From an uncultured delta proteobacterium (GTDB lineage Bacteria > Desulfobacterota > Desulfomonilia > UBA1062), in contig CAWCTR010000004.1 of assembly GCA_963798485.1 (NCBI GenBank), positions 381,801-445,800 of the forward strand: a stretch of DNA of 64,000 nt, read 5' to 3'. The notes under the pieces are model-generated. The model saw only the letters and a list, made by a program, of their open reading frames with translations, was not told the origin of the DNA and made no database searches. Made by a program: the position numbers and the translations under genes. Numbering within the stretch: the stretch's first letter is position 1; each line of letters begins with the position of its first letter. Shown here piece by piece: positions 62,648 to 64,000 of the stretch.

Positions 62648-64000
62648 TCATTCATATCTAAGCGCGTCGATGGGATCGAGACGCGAGCCCTTCCATGCCG
62701 GATAGAAGCCGAAAATAACGCCCACACTTGCGGACACGACCACGGCCGCCACAATCGCACCCACGGAAGGCGCTGTCGGCCAGTGGAGCACCTTGGACAC
62801 AAGATAGGAAGTGCCGCGTCCGAGGATGATGCCCATGATGCCGCCAAAAAGACAGAGCACGACCGCCTCTATCAAGAATTGCTGCAGGATGTCGTTCGGC
62901 TCGGCGCCGACCGCCATGCGAAGGCCGATCTCGTGCGTCCGCTCGGTCACCGAGACGAGCATGATGTTCATGATACCAACGCCGCCCACCACGAGCGAAA
63001 TCATGGCCACGTACAGGAGTAGTCTGGTTATCAGCTCTGTAGTCGAACTCATTGCCTTGGTAATCTCGGTCATGTCACGGACCCTGAAATCGTCCGGATC
63101 GGCCGCTAGGAGGTGGTGACGTTCCCGCAGCATGGCCGTAATTTGCCCGATGGCGGAAGGAATCGCGTCCGCTCCCTTAGCTGCGGTGAGGATCTGGTCC
63201 ACGTTGGTAAACCGTATAGGTTGCGGCAGGTCTGCCTGCTCGATGCTCGACGGAACCGGGTAGCGGCTCGAGGTGATATTCGGATAGATTTGGCTGAGCG
63301 AATTGACCTCCGTGGTGTTCGACGTATTGGTGGCGCTCTGGTTGCCACCCGAAAGGGAGGTGGCAACGACGCGGTATTTGATGGTCGTCCAAGGCGCCAG
63401 CAGGGTATCGTCCTGGTCCTGGCCCATCAGGTTCGCTCCCTTTTGCCTTAAGACGCCGATGACCTTGAAGGTGACGTTCCGGATGCGGATTTCCTTGCCG
63501 ACGGGCGATTGTCCACCGAACAACTCCCTCACGATCGTTTGGCCGACCATGCACACCTTGCTCAAGTTGAGGACGTCATGCTCGGTGAAGGCTTCGCCTT
63601 GGTCCATACCGGTCCAATCGCGCACCTTTAAAAACGACGGGGTGGTGCCATAGATGGACGTAGGCACCCAGTTGCGATTGCCGTACACGAGCTGAGCGCG
63701 GGCGCGCACAACAGGCGCCACGCTCGCGATAGCGGGACACTCCTTGACGACCGCATCCGCGTCCTGCGGTGTCAGCGTCATCATGCTCCCGATGCCCATG
63801 TTGATGCCGCCGATATTTTGAGCCCCCGGTATTATCACCAGGGTATTGGCGCCTATGCTCGTCATGGTTCGCTGGATGGCGATAGATGCGCCGTTGCCGA
63901 TCTCCATCATGGTGATGACTGCGGCAACGCCGATGACAATGCCGAGCGTGGTGAGCAGCGTGCGCATGATGTTCCGTTGAAGCGCCCCTGCAGCCGTTTT
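62648..64000 (-). CDS. MacB/FtsX-type ABC permease (5' truncated by window)
   Basis: LTTLGIVIGV, SLVVGGVGIMNIMLVSVTERT.EIGLRMAVGA, LDPIDALRYE; frame open to the window edge. Confidence 0.92.
   Translation of the reverse strand, partial: KTAAGALQRNIMRTLLTTLGIVIGVAAVITMMEIGNGASIAIQRTMTSIGANTLVIIPGAQNIGGINMGIGSMMTLTPQDADAVVKECPAIASVAPVVRARAQLVYGNRNWVPTSIYGTTPSFLKVRDWTGMDQGEAFTEHDVLNLSKVCMVGQTIVRELFGGQSPVGKEIRIRNVTFKVIGVLRQKGANLMGQDQDDTLLAPWTTIKYRVVATSLSGGNQSATNTSNTTEVNSLSQIYPNITSSRYPVPSSIEQADLPQPIRFTNVDQILTAAKGADAIPSAIGQITAMLRERHHLLAADPDDFRVRDMTEITKAMSSTTELITRLLLYVAMISLVVGGVGIMNIMLVSVTERTHEIGLRMAVGAEPNDILQQFLIEAVVLCLFGGIMGIILGRGTSYLVSKVLHWPTAPSVGAIVAAVVVSASVGVIFGFYPAWKGSRLDPIDALRYE

Overview
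Chromosomal segment of a moderately GC-rich bacterium, probably deltaproteobacterial/Desulfobacterota-like (inferred from the ispE-spoVG-tRNA-Gln-prs cluster, long RdgC, PAS hybrid kinase and AmmeMemoRadiSam A). It holds housekeeping blocks (comM, prs, ispE, degQ, lon, a short glmU, mreBCD-mrdA-rodA), two AT-rich islets (~320-2200 and ~34500-36300), a phd/vapC pair, several REP-like repeat clusters, three efflux clusters and a duplicated set of FN3/NHL and PKD lipoprotein genes. No CRISPR array, rRNA, integrase or transposase was seen. The most striking element is non-coding. Between the PAS hybrid kinase and comM lies an apparently self-contained ~210-nt minus-strand transcription unit (sigma70 promoter, 13-bp closing stem, intrinsic terminator). 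Its 5' half is an in-phase array of 18 pentamers of the form GGY-NN. This resembles, from memory, the guide RNAs of the recently reported VIPR systems, but no partner protein gene was recognised in the window. All annotations come from reading motifs by eye; no database searches were run.
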